Positions 18,219-27,058 of a DNA stretch of 34,700 bases are shown here, in pieces (positions within the stretch are counted from its first letter, which is position 1; each line of letters opens with the position of its first letter). Source of the DNA: an uncultured archaeon (GTDB taxonomy: Archaea; Asgardarchaeota; Heimdallarchaeia; Heimdallarchaeales; Heimdallarchaeaceae). The stretch lies in contig CAZJUB010000007.1 in NCBI GenBank assembly GCA_964549075.1, positions 4,214-38,913 of the forward strand, read 5' to 3'. A program made the translations under genes and the position numbers. The notes under the pieces were generated by a model, which saw only the letters and a list, made by a program, of their open reading frames with translations, did not search any database and was not told the DNA's origin.

Positions 18219-19133
18219 TTAAAATAATTTCTCAACAAAAACAGAAATTCTTTTGAGATGGGGAGTTAATGCTTCTAATTCTTCTTTGTTTTGACTATAT
18301 ACAATTGATTTTGTTGTCTGCTTCTCTGAGAGGTATATCAATACATAGTAAAATGTTTCATTTATTTGTATTCGTTTAATTTGACTTTGCAATCCTCCTG
18401 TTTCAACTTTTACTTCTGAAGGATGCGCTATAATATATTGTACCAATGGAAAGATATCGTTGAAAGGTTTTCTACTAAAAACAAAGGATATAAGTTGGTT
18501 TTCTTTTGCAATTGCAAATAGACTTGCTATAAGAGTTTTATAACCGAGAAAGAAATTGATCAAAGTTTTTTTTAGTGAAGTAAGCTTTTCCTGCGGGAGT
18601 TGAGAGTCTTCGGTTAGCATTTCAACAAAAAAATCTTCAATTTTTATTTCAGGAACTTGAATTTCAGGAATTACTGGAAGATCTACTGGCATTACTATTG
18701 CTTCATCAGCTTTTTGTTTTTTCTTTCTAATTTCTGCAACTATATCAAGTGGAATGATTGTATCTTCAATGTCTATTAGTGACTTAACTTGATCAATATC
18801 GTTATCTTCTATCAAGATTTCATATCTCAAAGCGATATTTTTCAAAAGAATTTGCTCATTTTCAGCTGAGATTTCTTCTTTAGTAATAACTACTAAAAGT
18901 CTATTATCAAATAACTTCCAAAAGAGGAATTTACATGTACCGAAATCAATAGATTTCACTTCTTCATGACCTATAGCATATGTATAGCTGTAAAGTGCTG
19001 ATATAAAACCAAAAACGAGAACATCATCAATATTTAAGAAATCAACAAATTTCTCGTTAAATAGACTCACACCTTCTTCAAGAATATGGATTGAGTACAA
19101 AACGTCTTTGAACTCTGATAAATCAGCACTCAT
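18219..19133 (-). CDS. Longin-like domain protein with a possible C-terminal roadblock-like domain
   Basis: N-terminal SIHILEEGVSLFNEKF...DDVLVFGFISALYSY...VKSIDFGTCKFLF...LLVVIT is the Asgard longin pattern. A Pro/Val/Glu linker leads to a second alpha/beta domain. Confidence 0.65.
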   Translation of the reverse strand: MSADLSEFKDVLYSIHILEEGVSLFNEKFVDFLNIDDVLVFGFISALYSYTYAIGHEEVKSIDFGTCKFLFWKLFDNRLLVVITKEEISAENEQILLKNIALRYEILIEDNDIDQVKSLIDIEDTIIPLDIVAEIRKKKQKADEAIVMPVDLPVIPEIQVPEIKIEDFFVEMLTEDSQLPQEKLTSLKKTLINFFLGYKTLIASLFAIAKENQLISFVFSRKPFNDIFPLVQYIIAHPSEVKVETGGLQSQIKRIQINETFYYVLIYLSEKQTTKSIVYSQNKEELEALTPHLKRISVFVEKLF

Positions 19134-19177
19134 TAATTTGAAATAGGATTATAGGTTTTTTACCTTTATTATATTTC

Positions 19178-19708
19178 TCAAGCAGTAAAATCCTCTATTG
19201 ATGATTGAGAATAAAACGATAATCCAATTGACTCAAGATTAGATTTGATATAATCGTCAGTTGAGCTAAAAAGATACAGATTCCTATTCCAGACATGTTC
19301 TAGCTCTTTATCTTCAAGTAAAACACTATTCTTTCTCCAATTCTTTCTCCTGTTTTTATAAATACCATAATCTTTTGAAAGGACAAGGTAACCAACGAAA
19401 ATATAATTTCGCGATACATGAGTGAATCCTTTCCTTTTTAATTCTCTTTTTATTAATATCTTAATATAGGTGCTCAATTGGTCAAAAAATTTGTCCTCCA
19501 CACTAGCGGTAACATTTTCATAGTGTTTGAATTCAAAAACGATATAGAAAGTTTTGTTATTGTAAGAACGTTTAGCCAAAATGTCGACTCTTTTATTAGC
19601 GATAATTCGTTCTTCCCAGACTTCAAAACTATTCTTCTTTAAAAAGGAAGCTATTTTATGTTGCACATCTCTCCATTCAGGAGTTTGTTTATCATCAGGA
19701 TTACTCAT
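19178..19708 (-). CDS. PD-(D/E)XK restriction-endonuclease-like protein with C-terminal PIP-like motif
   Basis: VQHKIASFLKKNSFEVWEE...KRVDILAK...VFEFKH gives the D..ExK core; the protein ends in QSSIEDFTA. The likely start ATG 19708 overlaps the TPR stop (ATGA); ATG 19723 is an alternative. Confidence 0.75.
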   Translation of the reverse strand: MSNPDDKQTPEWRDVQHKIASFLKKNSFEVWEERIIANKRVDILAKRSYNNKTFYIVFEFKHYENVTASVEDKFFDQLSTYIKILIKRELKRKGFTHVSRNYIFVGYLVLSKDYGIYKNRRKNWRKNSVLLEDKELEHVWNRNLYLFSSTDDYIKSNLESIGLSFYSQSSIEDFTA

Positions 19709-21480
19709 ATTGAATTTTCCCATTCTTCAAATTTTGCAGCTGTTTTATAATCTTTATTTTTCATTGATATGTCTTTAGCTTTCTGATAACACTCTTTTGC
19801 TTCGTTTTTTAGTTTAAGTTCCTCATAAAGAATTCCAAGATTTGCCCAAGATATCGCTTTATCTGGTTCAATCTCTATAGCTTTCTGATATGAAGCTATA
19901 GCTTCATCATAACGCTTCATCTCTTTAAGTACATTTCCAAGATTGTTCAAAGCTGCATGATCTTTTGGATTTAATTCAAGAACTTTATGGTAAGTTTCTT
20001 CAGCTTTTTTATACAGCGAAAGTTCTTGGTAAGCTAATCCTAAATTGAATTGGATACGTGGATCGTTGGGGTCCAATGATATGACTTTACGAAATGCTTC
20101 ACTTGCCCCTAAGTAATCCTTAGCCTTCATCAACAAATCTCCAATTTTATTCCAAAGAGTTGCTTCATCCCATGGAAGATAAGAAGACACCATTTTTAGT
20201 ATTTTTACTAATCTTTTATCGTCATGTAAAACTGTCAGAATAGAGGTGATTTTCTGTAGGTATTTTTGAACAGATTTTCCAGTCATAAGAAGCTCTTCAT
20301 ACATTCCAATAGCTTCATCGATTCGCCCCATTCGTTCATAAACTAAAGCTAAATTCTCAAGTATCTGAGTATTTTCTGGAAATTTAGATACTCCAATTTG
20401 TAAGACCTCTAAAGCATTATCAAATCTTTTCTTGGACATCAATCCATCAACGAAACTTAATATGGCTTCAGCTGAAGACATTAATTGTGCTTGTTTAATA
20501 AAATATTCATATTCATTTAAGGACTCAATAGTGGAAAATGCTCTCCCCACTAAATTCCAACATTCTAAACACATTGGATCTAATGTTAAAGCAGTTTTCA
20601 GAGCTTTTATGGTTTGTTCGTTCTTATGTTGTAATAAGAAACATTCTGCTAGCTCATTCCAATATTCAGGTATATCATTTTTTATCTGAACTGCTTTCTT
20701 AAAATATTCTTCAGCTATTAAGTAGTGTTGTCCTTCCATTGCTGCTTTTCCAGTGAAGAAAAGAATGACATGACTATCTGGTTGTTTGACTGCTACGCTT
20801 GAGAACAAAATAAAGGCTTCATCTGTATTGCCATTTGCTAAAGCTTCTTGACCATTAACAAAGTCTTTGTTAGCGTAAAGATTACGCAATTCTTGTTCAA
20901 AATGCTGACGAAGATCAGATGACATTTGCACTCTTCGACCTAATGAACCTAAAGAAGTGTGTTCTGGATAAGCCGAGGAGATATTAAGAATCCTATAAGC
21001 ATTAGCTGTAGAATCCTTCTTTTCTTTCTTCGCAGATTCAAGAAAATCAGGGGGAAGATGAAGATAACACTCCATTGCCTTGTTATGCTTTCCTTTAAGA
21101 ATATATATTGACATCAGATTTGCCCATGCAAAACGATTTTCTGGATTATATTTAGTAAGATAATCATAGATTTCTATGGCAAGATCATATTCTTTTAGCT
21201 CAGTAAGAAGATTACCAAGTATGAGAACTTCATTTTCTTTTTCATAAGGGAGGTTTTTTATTTCTTTTTCAATTTTTAACTTAATCTTATCAAAATTATC
21301 GGTGAATTCTCTTAGAAATTTATCATTTTTGAATTCGAAAAGACTGTATCCAGTTTCACCTGGAGGATAACTCGCATATATCTTATCAGTAGAATGAACA
21401 ATATCAGAAGCTATAGTCTCCAATAGAACGGTTGTATTTTCCAACAATTCATCTATATTTCTAATATTTTCTTGAGTCAT
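19705..21480 (-). CDS. Tetratricopeptide repeat protein
   Basis: Many TPR units, e.g. ALNNLGNVLKEMKRYDEAIASYQKAIEIEPD and QFNLGLAYQELSLYKKAEETYHKVLELNPK. Confidence 0.95.
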   Translation of the reverse strand: MTQENIRNIDELLENTTVLLETIASDIVHSTDKIYASYPPGETGYSLFEFKNDKFLREFTDNFDKIKLKIEKEIKNLPYEKENEVLILGNLLTELKEYDLAIEIYDYLTKYNPENRFAWANLMSIYILKGKHNKAMECYLHLPPDFLESAKKEKKDSTANAYRILNISSAYPEHTSLGSLGRRVQMSSDLRQHFEQELRNLYANKDFVNGQEALANGNTDEAFILFSSVAVKQPDSHVILFFTGKAAMEGQHYLIAEEYFKKAVQIKNDIPEYWNELAECFLLQHKNEQTIKALKTALTLDPMCLECWNLVGRAFSTIESLNEYEYFIKQAQLMSSAEAILSFVDGLMSKKRFDNALEVLQIGVSKFPENTQILENLALVYERMGRIDEAIGMYEELLMTGKSVQKYLQKITSILTVLHDDKRLVKILKMVSSYLPWDEATLWNKIGDLLMKAKDYLGASEAFRKVISLDPNDPRIQFNLGLAYQELSLYKKAEETYHKVLELNPKDHAALNNLGNVLKEMKRYDEAIASYQKAIEIEPDKAISWANLGILYEELKLKNEAKECYQKAKDISMKNKDYKTAAKFEEWENSI

Positions 21481-21771
21481 AGCTTCCCAACCAGACCTTT
21501 CCCCAGTTAGAAATTGTTTCTAAATGATTGCTTTTTGATTGTGAGCTAATTGTTAAACTAGCTCTTCTATTTATGTTATATTTAAACATTACTAGCTGTT
21601 TATAGCAGTCTAGTCTAAAGCTTTCCATTATTATTATGTGCAAAGTAATTTATAAATTAATGCTATTTACATTAAAAATATTTGTTCTTATTTGTTGAAA
21701 CTAACTTAGTATTTTTTATGAATCACTTGTTCAAAACAAAGTCTTTTAATTTTACAAACGACTGTATAATC

Positions 21772-22185
21772 ATGTTATTTGAGTTTTTAAATCGTTTAAA
21801 GAAGAGACTTCAATTCACTGAACCATTAAATGTTAATTCAGAACCTTTCAATCGTTTTGGAAGATCTTACGAAATATGTCAATGGGCTCCTTCCTCTTTT
21901 AATTCTCAAACAACCCGCTGTGTAGCTGTTACTGAACAAGACAGTGAAAAGGAAGGAAATAAAAACTCTGATAAAGTTCGTTTATCGAGATTTGATTTCT
22001 ATCAAACCACTGAATCACATTACTATGCACCTGTAGCTCTTGGTATTTGGTGTGCTAATTGGGAGATGGGATGTGAATCGCTAGGAATGAAAGGACATTT
22101 TGCAGTTCTACCAAATAACGAGAATGATAAAAAAGCTCTATTACCTAAATATGGTGTAAGTTGGATTGTGGAGGATAGAATTTAA
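21772..22185 (+). pseudogene. Nitroreductase-family C-terminal fragment (probable truncated gene)
   Basis: EICQWAPSSFNSQTTRC and VALGIWCANWEMGCESLGMKGHF are nitroreductase-fold motifs. The N-terminal FMN-binding part appears absent and upstream sequence looks non-coding. Confidence 0.55.
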
Positions 22186-22277
22186 TCTTCATAAGTACGT
22201 AAAATAATTTATCGAATAATCAACATACTCCCTTGACAAAGCTTATATTTCCTAGTAAGAACAAAGCAAAGAGGTTA

Positions 22278-24410
22278 ATGTCTGATCATTTCTTAGATGG
22301 GGGAGAAAGTGAGTACTCTTTTTGTCCTAATTGTGGAAAGATTCTTCCTAGAGGAAGTGGTGAACAACAATGTTCTAAGTGTAAAAAAATCTCAAAAGCA
22401 ATAGCTAAAGAAGGGTCATCTAAATCAATTAAAACTTCTAAGACAATTGATCCACGTGTTAAGGAAGAAAGATCTGGATTGGATAATTGGGAAAGCTTCT
22501 TTCCATATTTAACCATTAGACCTCTACAAAAAACAATTATGGAAACCATAACGCAAGATAGTAAAAGAAAAAATCATTTTGTTCTCCAAGCTGCAAATGG
22601 TGTAGGTAAAACTATAGCTGTTTTAGCATCTATTCTTCCAATCAGTTTTGCAAAAAATAAAACTATAGTATATTGTTGTCGTACTCATCAACAAATGAGT
22701 AGAGTTGTAGAAGAACTAAAGATGATCAAACAACTCAAATCTGTTTCTGGAATTGCACTTAGAGGGAGAAAAGAATTGTGTTTACATCCTATAATCAAGA
22801 AATTTGCTGTTGATTCAACTAATGCAGCAGATATATGTAGATATTTGAAAAAAGAAGGAAAGTGTAAATATTTTGCAAATATGGGTAAAAAAGATAAACA
22901 AGAAAAGATGAAAGAAACCACTCATAATCAAATACTTGATAGCTCTGAAATTCTAAATATTGGTAAATCATTAGAAATGTGCCCATTTGAAATATCAAAA
23001 AGAATGATTTCTAGCTCTAAAGTAATTGCAGCTAGTTATCAATACATCTTCAACCCTAGCATTAGAACTACAATTTTACAAAGCCTTGAAAAGGATTTAG
23101 GTGATATAATCTTAATAATTGATGAAGCTCATAATCTACCCTCAACAGCAGTAGATATTAGTAGCAGTACTCTTTCTAATTATTCAATAGATCATGCTCA
23201 AAATGAAGCTTTGAAATATAAAACTGGAGAGATTTATGATTTCTTGGAAGCAATGTCTTCAGTTTTACTTGAGGATACCAAGGATTTGAATATCGAAGAA
23301 GAAGTGAGTATGAATCCTAGTGATTTTCTTACAAAGGTCGAAAAACGATCTATGCAAAAAATTGATGATAAATTTATTCAAGCTTTAGAGAGATTGGGAG
23401 ATTTTGTCAAAGAAATTCAAGCTAGTCAAAATAAAGCTCCAATTTCATTTACCTCAGCTGTAGCTAGCTATTTGGAACAATTACTTACAAATAGAGATAA
23501 GAAAAACTATGCTTTTTTTCAAACAAAAACTAGAACAAAGAGCGGTGATACTAACTCAAAATTAATATCATTATCCCTTGATCCCAGAACGATAACCAAA
23601 GAGATTTTTGACAAATCATATCTAACAGTTTCTCTCTCAGGGACTCTAGATCCATTTGAAGCATATATCTCATTAGTAGGTATCCCTGAATCTCATATAA
23701 GAACATTGAATCTGCCTTCTCCTTATGAAAAGGAAAATCATGTAACATTAGTCATAGACAAAATTTCATCAAAAATGGAAGATCGTATTCCTATTACGTT
23801 CATAAAAATGGTTGAAGTTATCAGTACTGTTGTAAACTCGACACCTAAAAATACTGGTATTTTTTGTGCAAGTTACTCCATTATGAAAAGTATTCTTGAT
23901 ATTGGTCTTGAAAGAAGTCTTTCAAAACCTTTATTCACAGCACATCAAGGAATGTCTTCTTTAGATAATGACGAACTACTAGAAGATTTCAAAAAACAAT
24001 CTCGAAAAAAAGGAGCAGCTTTAATTTCCGTTTTAGGAGGAAGATCTTCTGAAGGAAGTGACTACCCGGGGGCAGAAATGCAAAGTGTAATAGTAGTAGG
24101 TATACCTTATGCAAAACCCACTCCATCTGTTCAAGCTTCAATCGAATATTTGGGGAGTCAATTTCCAACCAAGGGGAGAGAATTTGGATATAATATCCCA
24201 GCATTAACAAGAGCTTCACAAGCAGCTGGGAGACCAATAAGAAGTCTAGAAGATTATGCTGTAATAGTTCTTATGGATTACCGTTTTATCAGGCACTATT
24301 ATAAAAAACACTTACCTAATTGGCTAAAGGAAAATCTGCATCTAGTTCAAGCTGAAGCAAATATAATCGAAGAAAAGATAAAGAAATTTTATCAATTTCA
24401 TGAAAACTAA
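22278..24410 (+). CDS. xpd: XPD/Rad3 family Fe-S SF2 DNA helicase with N-terminal zinc ribbon
   Basis: Q motif RPLQ; Walker A QAANGVGKT; RTHQQ; Fe-S Cys in ELCLHP, DICRY, KCKYF and MCPFE; IDEAHNL; SGTL; SEGSDY; QAAGRPIRS; MDYRF. SD GAGGT precedes ATG 22278. Confidence 0.9.
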   Translation: MSDHFLDGGESEYSFCPNCGKILPRGSGEQQCSKCKKISKAIAKEGSSKSIKTSKTIDPRVKEERSGLDNWESFFPYLTIRPLQKTIMETITQDSKRKNHFVLQAANGVGKTIAVLASILPISFAKNKTIVYCCRTHQQMSRVVEELKMIKQLKSVSGIALRGRKELCLHPIIKKFAVDSTNAADICRYLKKEGKCKYFANMGKKDKQEKMKETTHNQILDSSEILNIGKSLEMCPFEISKRMISSSKVIAASYQYIFNPSIRTTILQSLEKDLGDIILIIDEAHNLPSTAVDISSSTLSNYSIDHAQNEALKYKTGEIYDFLEAMSSVLLEDTKDLNIEEEVSMNPSDFLTKVEKRSMQKIDDKFIQALERLGDFVKEIQASQNKAPISFTSAVASYLEQLLTNRDKKNYAFFQTKTRTKSGDTNSKLISLSLDPRTITKEIFDKSYLTVSLSGTLDPFEAYISLVGIPESHIRTLNLPSPYEKENHVTLVIDKISSKMEDRIPITFIKMVEVISTVVNSTPKNTGIFCASYSIMKSILDIGLERSLSKPLFTAHQGMSSLDNDELLEDFKKQSRKKGAALISVLGGRSSEGSDYPGAEMQSVIVVGIPYAKPTPSVQASIEYLGSQFPTKGREFGYNIPALTRASQAAGRPIRSLEDYAVIVLMDYRFIRHYYKKHLPNWLKENLHLVQAEANIIEEKIKKFYQFHEN

Positions 24411-24465
24411 AAAATTTGTTTAGTACTTGAGAAACAATTTTATTCTTTCTTTCTTTTTAAAACAT

Positions 24466-24921
24466 ATGAAAGTAATTTTTGAACCAGTTGATAATCAACA
24501 ATTATTTAGTCAACTTGAACAAATTGCTCAAAGATACAATACTCAAGTTAGAAAACATGATATTGGTGAAGGACACATTATTTTTGTAAAATCACGTATT
24601 AAAATAACTGAAAAAATCAGAAATAACAAACATTCGATTCATGTTTGGGGTGCAACTGAAGAAGATATCACTTTTCTAAAACGATTCTGGGGAGATCCGG
24701 TACAAGTATTAAAAGAAGGTTTAACACCAGCACAATTTGCTGATGAACTAGCAGATATTCCTTTTGCAGAAAATCTGTCAAAAACTGATTTATTAAAAAC
24801 ACTTGATATTACTGATAGAGAATACAACCAACTTGAGAGATTTATCCAAAGAATGGTTCGAAGATCTAATGTATCACCTGAAATGAAAAAAGCTTCAGAG
24901 ATATTAGATAAAATAAATTAG
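24466..24921 (+). CDS. Hypothetical protein (151 aa)
   Basis: Likely ATG at 24466 with TTTTATT about 25 bp upstream; alpha/beta N-terminus and helical C-terminus; no family recognised. Confidence 0.75.
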   Translation: MKVIFEPVDNQQLFSQLEQIAQRYNTQVRKHDIGEGHIIFVKSRIKITEKIRNNKHSIHVWGATEEDITFLKRFWGDPVQVLKEGLTPAQFADELADIPFAENLSKTDLLKTLDITDREYNQLERFIQRMVRRSNVSPEMKKASEILDKIN

Positions 24922-24981
24922 AGTTTTATTTTTTGGTGTCGACGATACATATTTATTAAGGGAAAATTTGTATGTATACTC

Positions 24982-27006
24982 ATGCTAAGAAAAAAACATT
25001 TTAGTTTAATAGTTATTTTGTCGCTACTTTTACCACTATTTGCTACTTTTAATGGTGTCAATCAAACAACAGCTGTTACTCAAATTCCTAGTAACATAGA
25101 AGAAATAGTGACAAATGCTATAACAACACAGACATTTACTGGTACAACAAATATAACTACATTTGTAGGTCCAGATAACGCATATAAGGTTGTTTTAAGC
25201 TCAATTAAGAATGCTCAAACTTCATTTTATTTAGAGGTATATACTCTTTCAAGTGAACCTCTTGTTAATGAACTAATTAGAGCCCACAATAGAGGAGTTG
25301 ATGTCGTAGTCCAACTCTCTGATGACCGAGTAAATAGTTATGAAGATGATTATACTGAGGAAGCAGCATGGAGATTATACGATGCAGGAATAGATGTCTA
25401 TTGGACAAGTAGTTCCTTTACTTTCACTCATGCTAAATTCTGGATTGTAGACAGTCAACAAACATTTGTTTACTCAGGTAATTGGGCACCATCAAGTATT
25501 CCCCAATATGAAGGTGCTAGAACAAACAGAGAGATGGGATTAATTTTCAACGATGCAAGTATTGCTACTTATTATGAGAATGTATTCTTTGACGATGGAG
25601 CTATTTCGACAGCTTATACACCAATCCCTCATACTGGTTCTCTTCAAGCTAATGAAACAACAGGTACATACGAACATCCCTTTGATTACTCTACTTTTGT
25701 AGAATATGCAGAAGTGACTCCTATTTTTGCTCCAGATAACGCGTATGATCTTCTTTCCAACCTTGTCCAATCAGCAACAACAAGTCTTGATCTTGAACTA
25801 CAATACATCAAATTTGATTGTGACTTATTGAATGATGTCATAGATGCAGCTCTTAGAGGTGTAGCTGTAAGAGTTCTTATTCCAGAACCAACAGATTCCG
25901 GTGAAAATGTAACAGAAGTTTTAATCAATAATGGTGCTCAGGTAAGATTCTTTCTAGGACTTGGCCATAATCATAACAAATATGTCTCTGTTGATGGAGA
26001 AACAGTTCAAGTTTCCAGTATCAATTGGTCAAATAACTCTATTGAAAATAATAGAGAATCAGGTGCAATTGTTAAGAATTCTAATATCGCTGCCTACTTT
26101 AAAACTGTGTTTGATTATGATTGGGCTAACAGTGAAGTTCCAGTAGGTTATGCAGCACCTGTAGCACTATTATCTCCAAAGACAGGTGGTATTGCTTCTG
26201 GTGATTATATATTCCAGGTTTCATTTGCTGTAAACACTTATACAGAAGGAGAATTATCTATTGATGGTTCCTCTGAACATGTTTGGTCAGCTCCTGATGG
26301 AGTTGTTAGCACAAGTGTAAATACAAAATCATTTAATGATGGTATTCACACCGTAAAAGTTGTTGGAACACCAACTGTTGGAGATCCGATTGAAGTAGAA
26401 ACTAAAATTAACATTATTAATGCTAAAGATTGGTACGTGCTTATTACTGAAGTTAGGTATGATGCTATTGTAGAACCAAATGATGAATTCGTAGAAATTT
26501 ACAACGATTTTGATTTTGCTGTTTATTTAGAAGGATGGCAATTTACTGACAATGAAGGAAAATACAATCTTCCTGTTGATGCACAGATAGCTTCAGAACA
26601 GGTTTTAGTGTTCTGTTCTGATAGTGCAGCATTAGATAATGCTATGAATGACCTTGGTATAACCTTTGGTGCTGCTGACTATGGATTGGGAGATATTCAA
26701 TTAGCAAACTCAGGCGACGAGATTATTCTAAAAGATCCTTCTGGCACAATAAGAGATGGTGTTGCTTGGGGGACAGGTAGCATACCCGGAGTCGTTTCAT
26801 GGTCCGGTCCTTCTACAGGAGAAGATAAGACTCTCCAACGTGAATATGGTAACGTTGATACTGATAATTGCAACAATGATTTCATCATTGCAGCTCCAAC
26901 ACCTGGAGAAAATCCTGATCTAACACCAGAATTAACACCTTTGATGGTTTTACCTCTCTTAAGTGTTGCAGCTTTAGTTATTGTCTTTTTGAGAAAAAAG
27001 AGATAA
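24982..27006 (+). CDS. Secreted, membrane-anchored phospholipase D superfamily protein with Ig-like and lamin-tail domains
   Basis: Signal peptide; two HKD motifs (HAKFWIVD...SGNW, HNKYVSVD...SINW); Ig-like segment ...FNDGIHTVKVVG; LTD VLITEVRYD..NDEFVEIYN...LANSGDEIILKD; C-terminal TM plus RKKR. Confidence 0.9.
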   Translation: MLRKKHFSLIVILSLLLPLFATFNGVNQTTAVTQIPSNIEEIVTNAITTQTFTGTTNITTFVGPDNAYKVVLSSIKNAQTSFYLEVYTLSSEPLVNELIRAHNRGVDVVVQLSDDRVNSYEDDYTEEAAWRLYDAGIDVYWTSSSFTFTHAKFWIVDSQQTFVYSGNWAPSSIPQYEGARTNREMGLIFNDASIATYYENVFFDDGAISTAYTPIPHTGSLQANETTGTYEHPFDYSTFVEYAEVTPIFAPDNAYDLLSNLVQSATTSLDLELQYIKFDCDLLNDVIDAALRGVAVRVLIPEPTDSGENVTEVLINNGAQVRFFLGLGHNHNKYVSVDGETVQVSSINWSNNSIENNRESGAIVKNSNIAAYFKTVFDYDWANSEVPVGYAAPVALLSPKTGGIASGDYIFQVSFAVNTYTEGELSIDGSSEHVWSAPDGVVSTSVNTKSFNDGIHTVKVVGTPTVGDPIEVETKINIINAKDWYVLITEVRYDAIVEPNDEFVEIYNDFDFAVYLEGWQFTDNEGKYNLPVDAQIASEQVLVFCSDSAALDNAMNDLGITFGAADYGLGDIQLANSGDEIILKDPSGTIRDGVAWGTGSIPGVVSWSGPSTGEDKTLQREYGNVDTDNCNNDFIIAAPTPGENPDLTPELTPLMVLPLLSVAALVIVFLRKKR

Positions 27007-27033
27007 CTTTTTCCTCTTTTTTTATATTTTTAT
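27007..27033 (+). terminator. Putative oligo-T archaeal terminator
   Basis: CTTTTTCCTCTTTTTTTATATTTTTAT immediately after the PLD stop codon. Confidence 0.35.
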
Positions 27034-27058
27034 ATTGAAAAACCCTTTATTGTATAAC

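Noticed and set aside
18620-18660. EIKIEDFF in the longin protein linker as a PIP box
   Set aside because: It lacks the Gln, is internal, and sits in a protein with no DNA-related domain.
19178-19708. Type II restriction-modification system
   Set aside because: No DNA methyltransferase motifs occur in any neighbouring ORF.
21461-21643. 60-aa minus-strand ORF upstream of the TPR gene
   Set aside because: It has no motifs, overlaps the TPR start in another frame, and probably spans promoter sequence.
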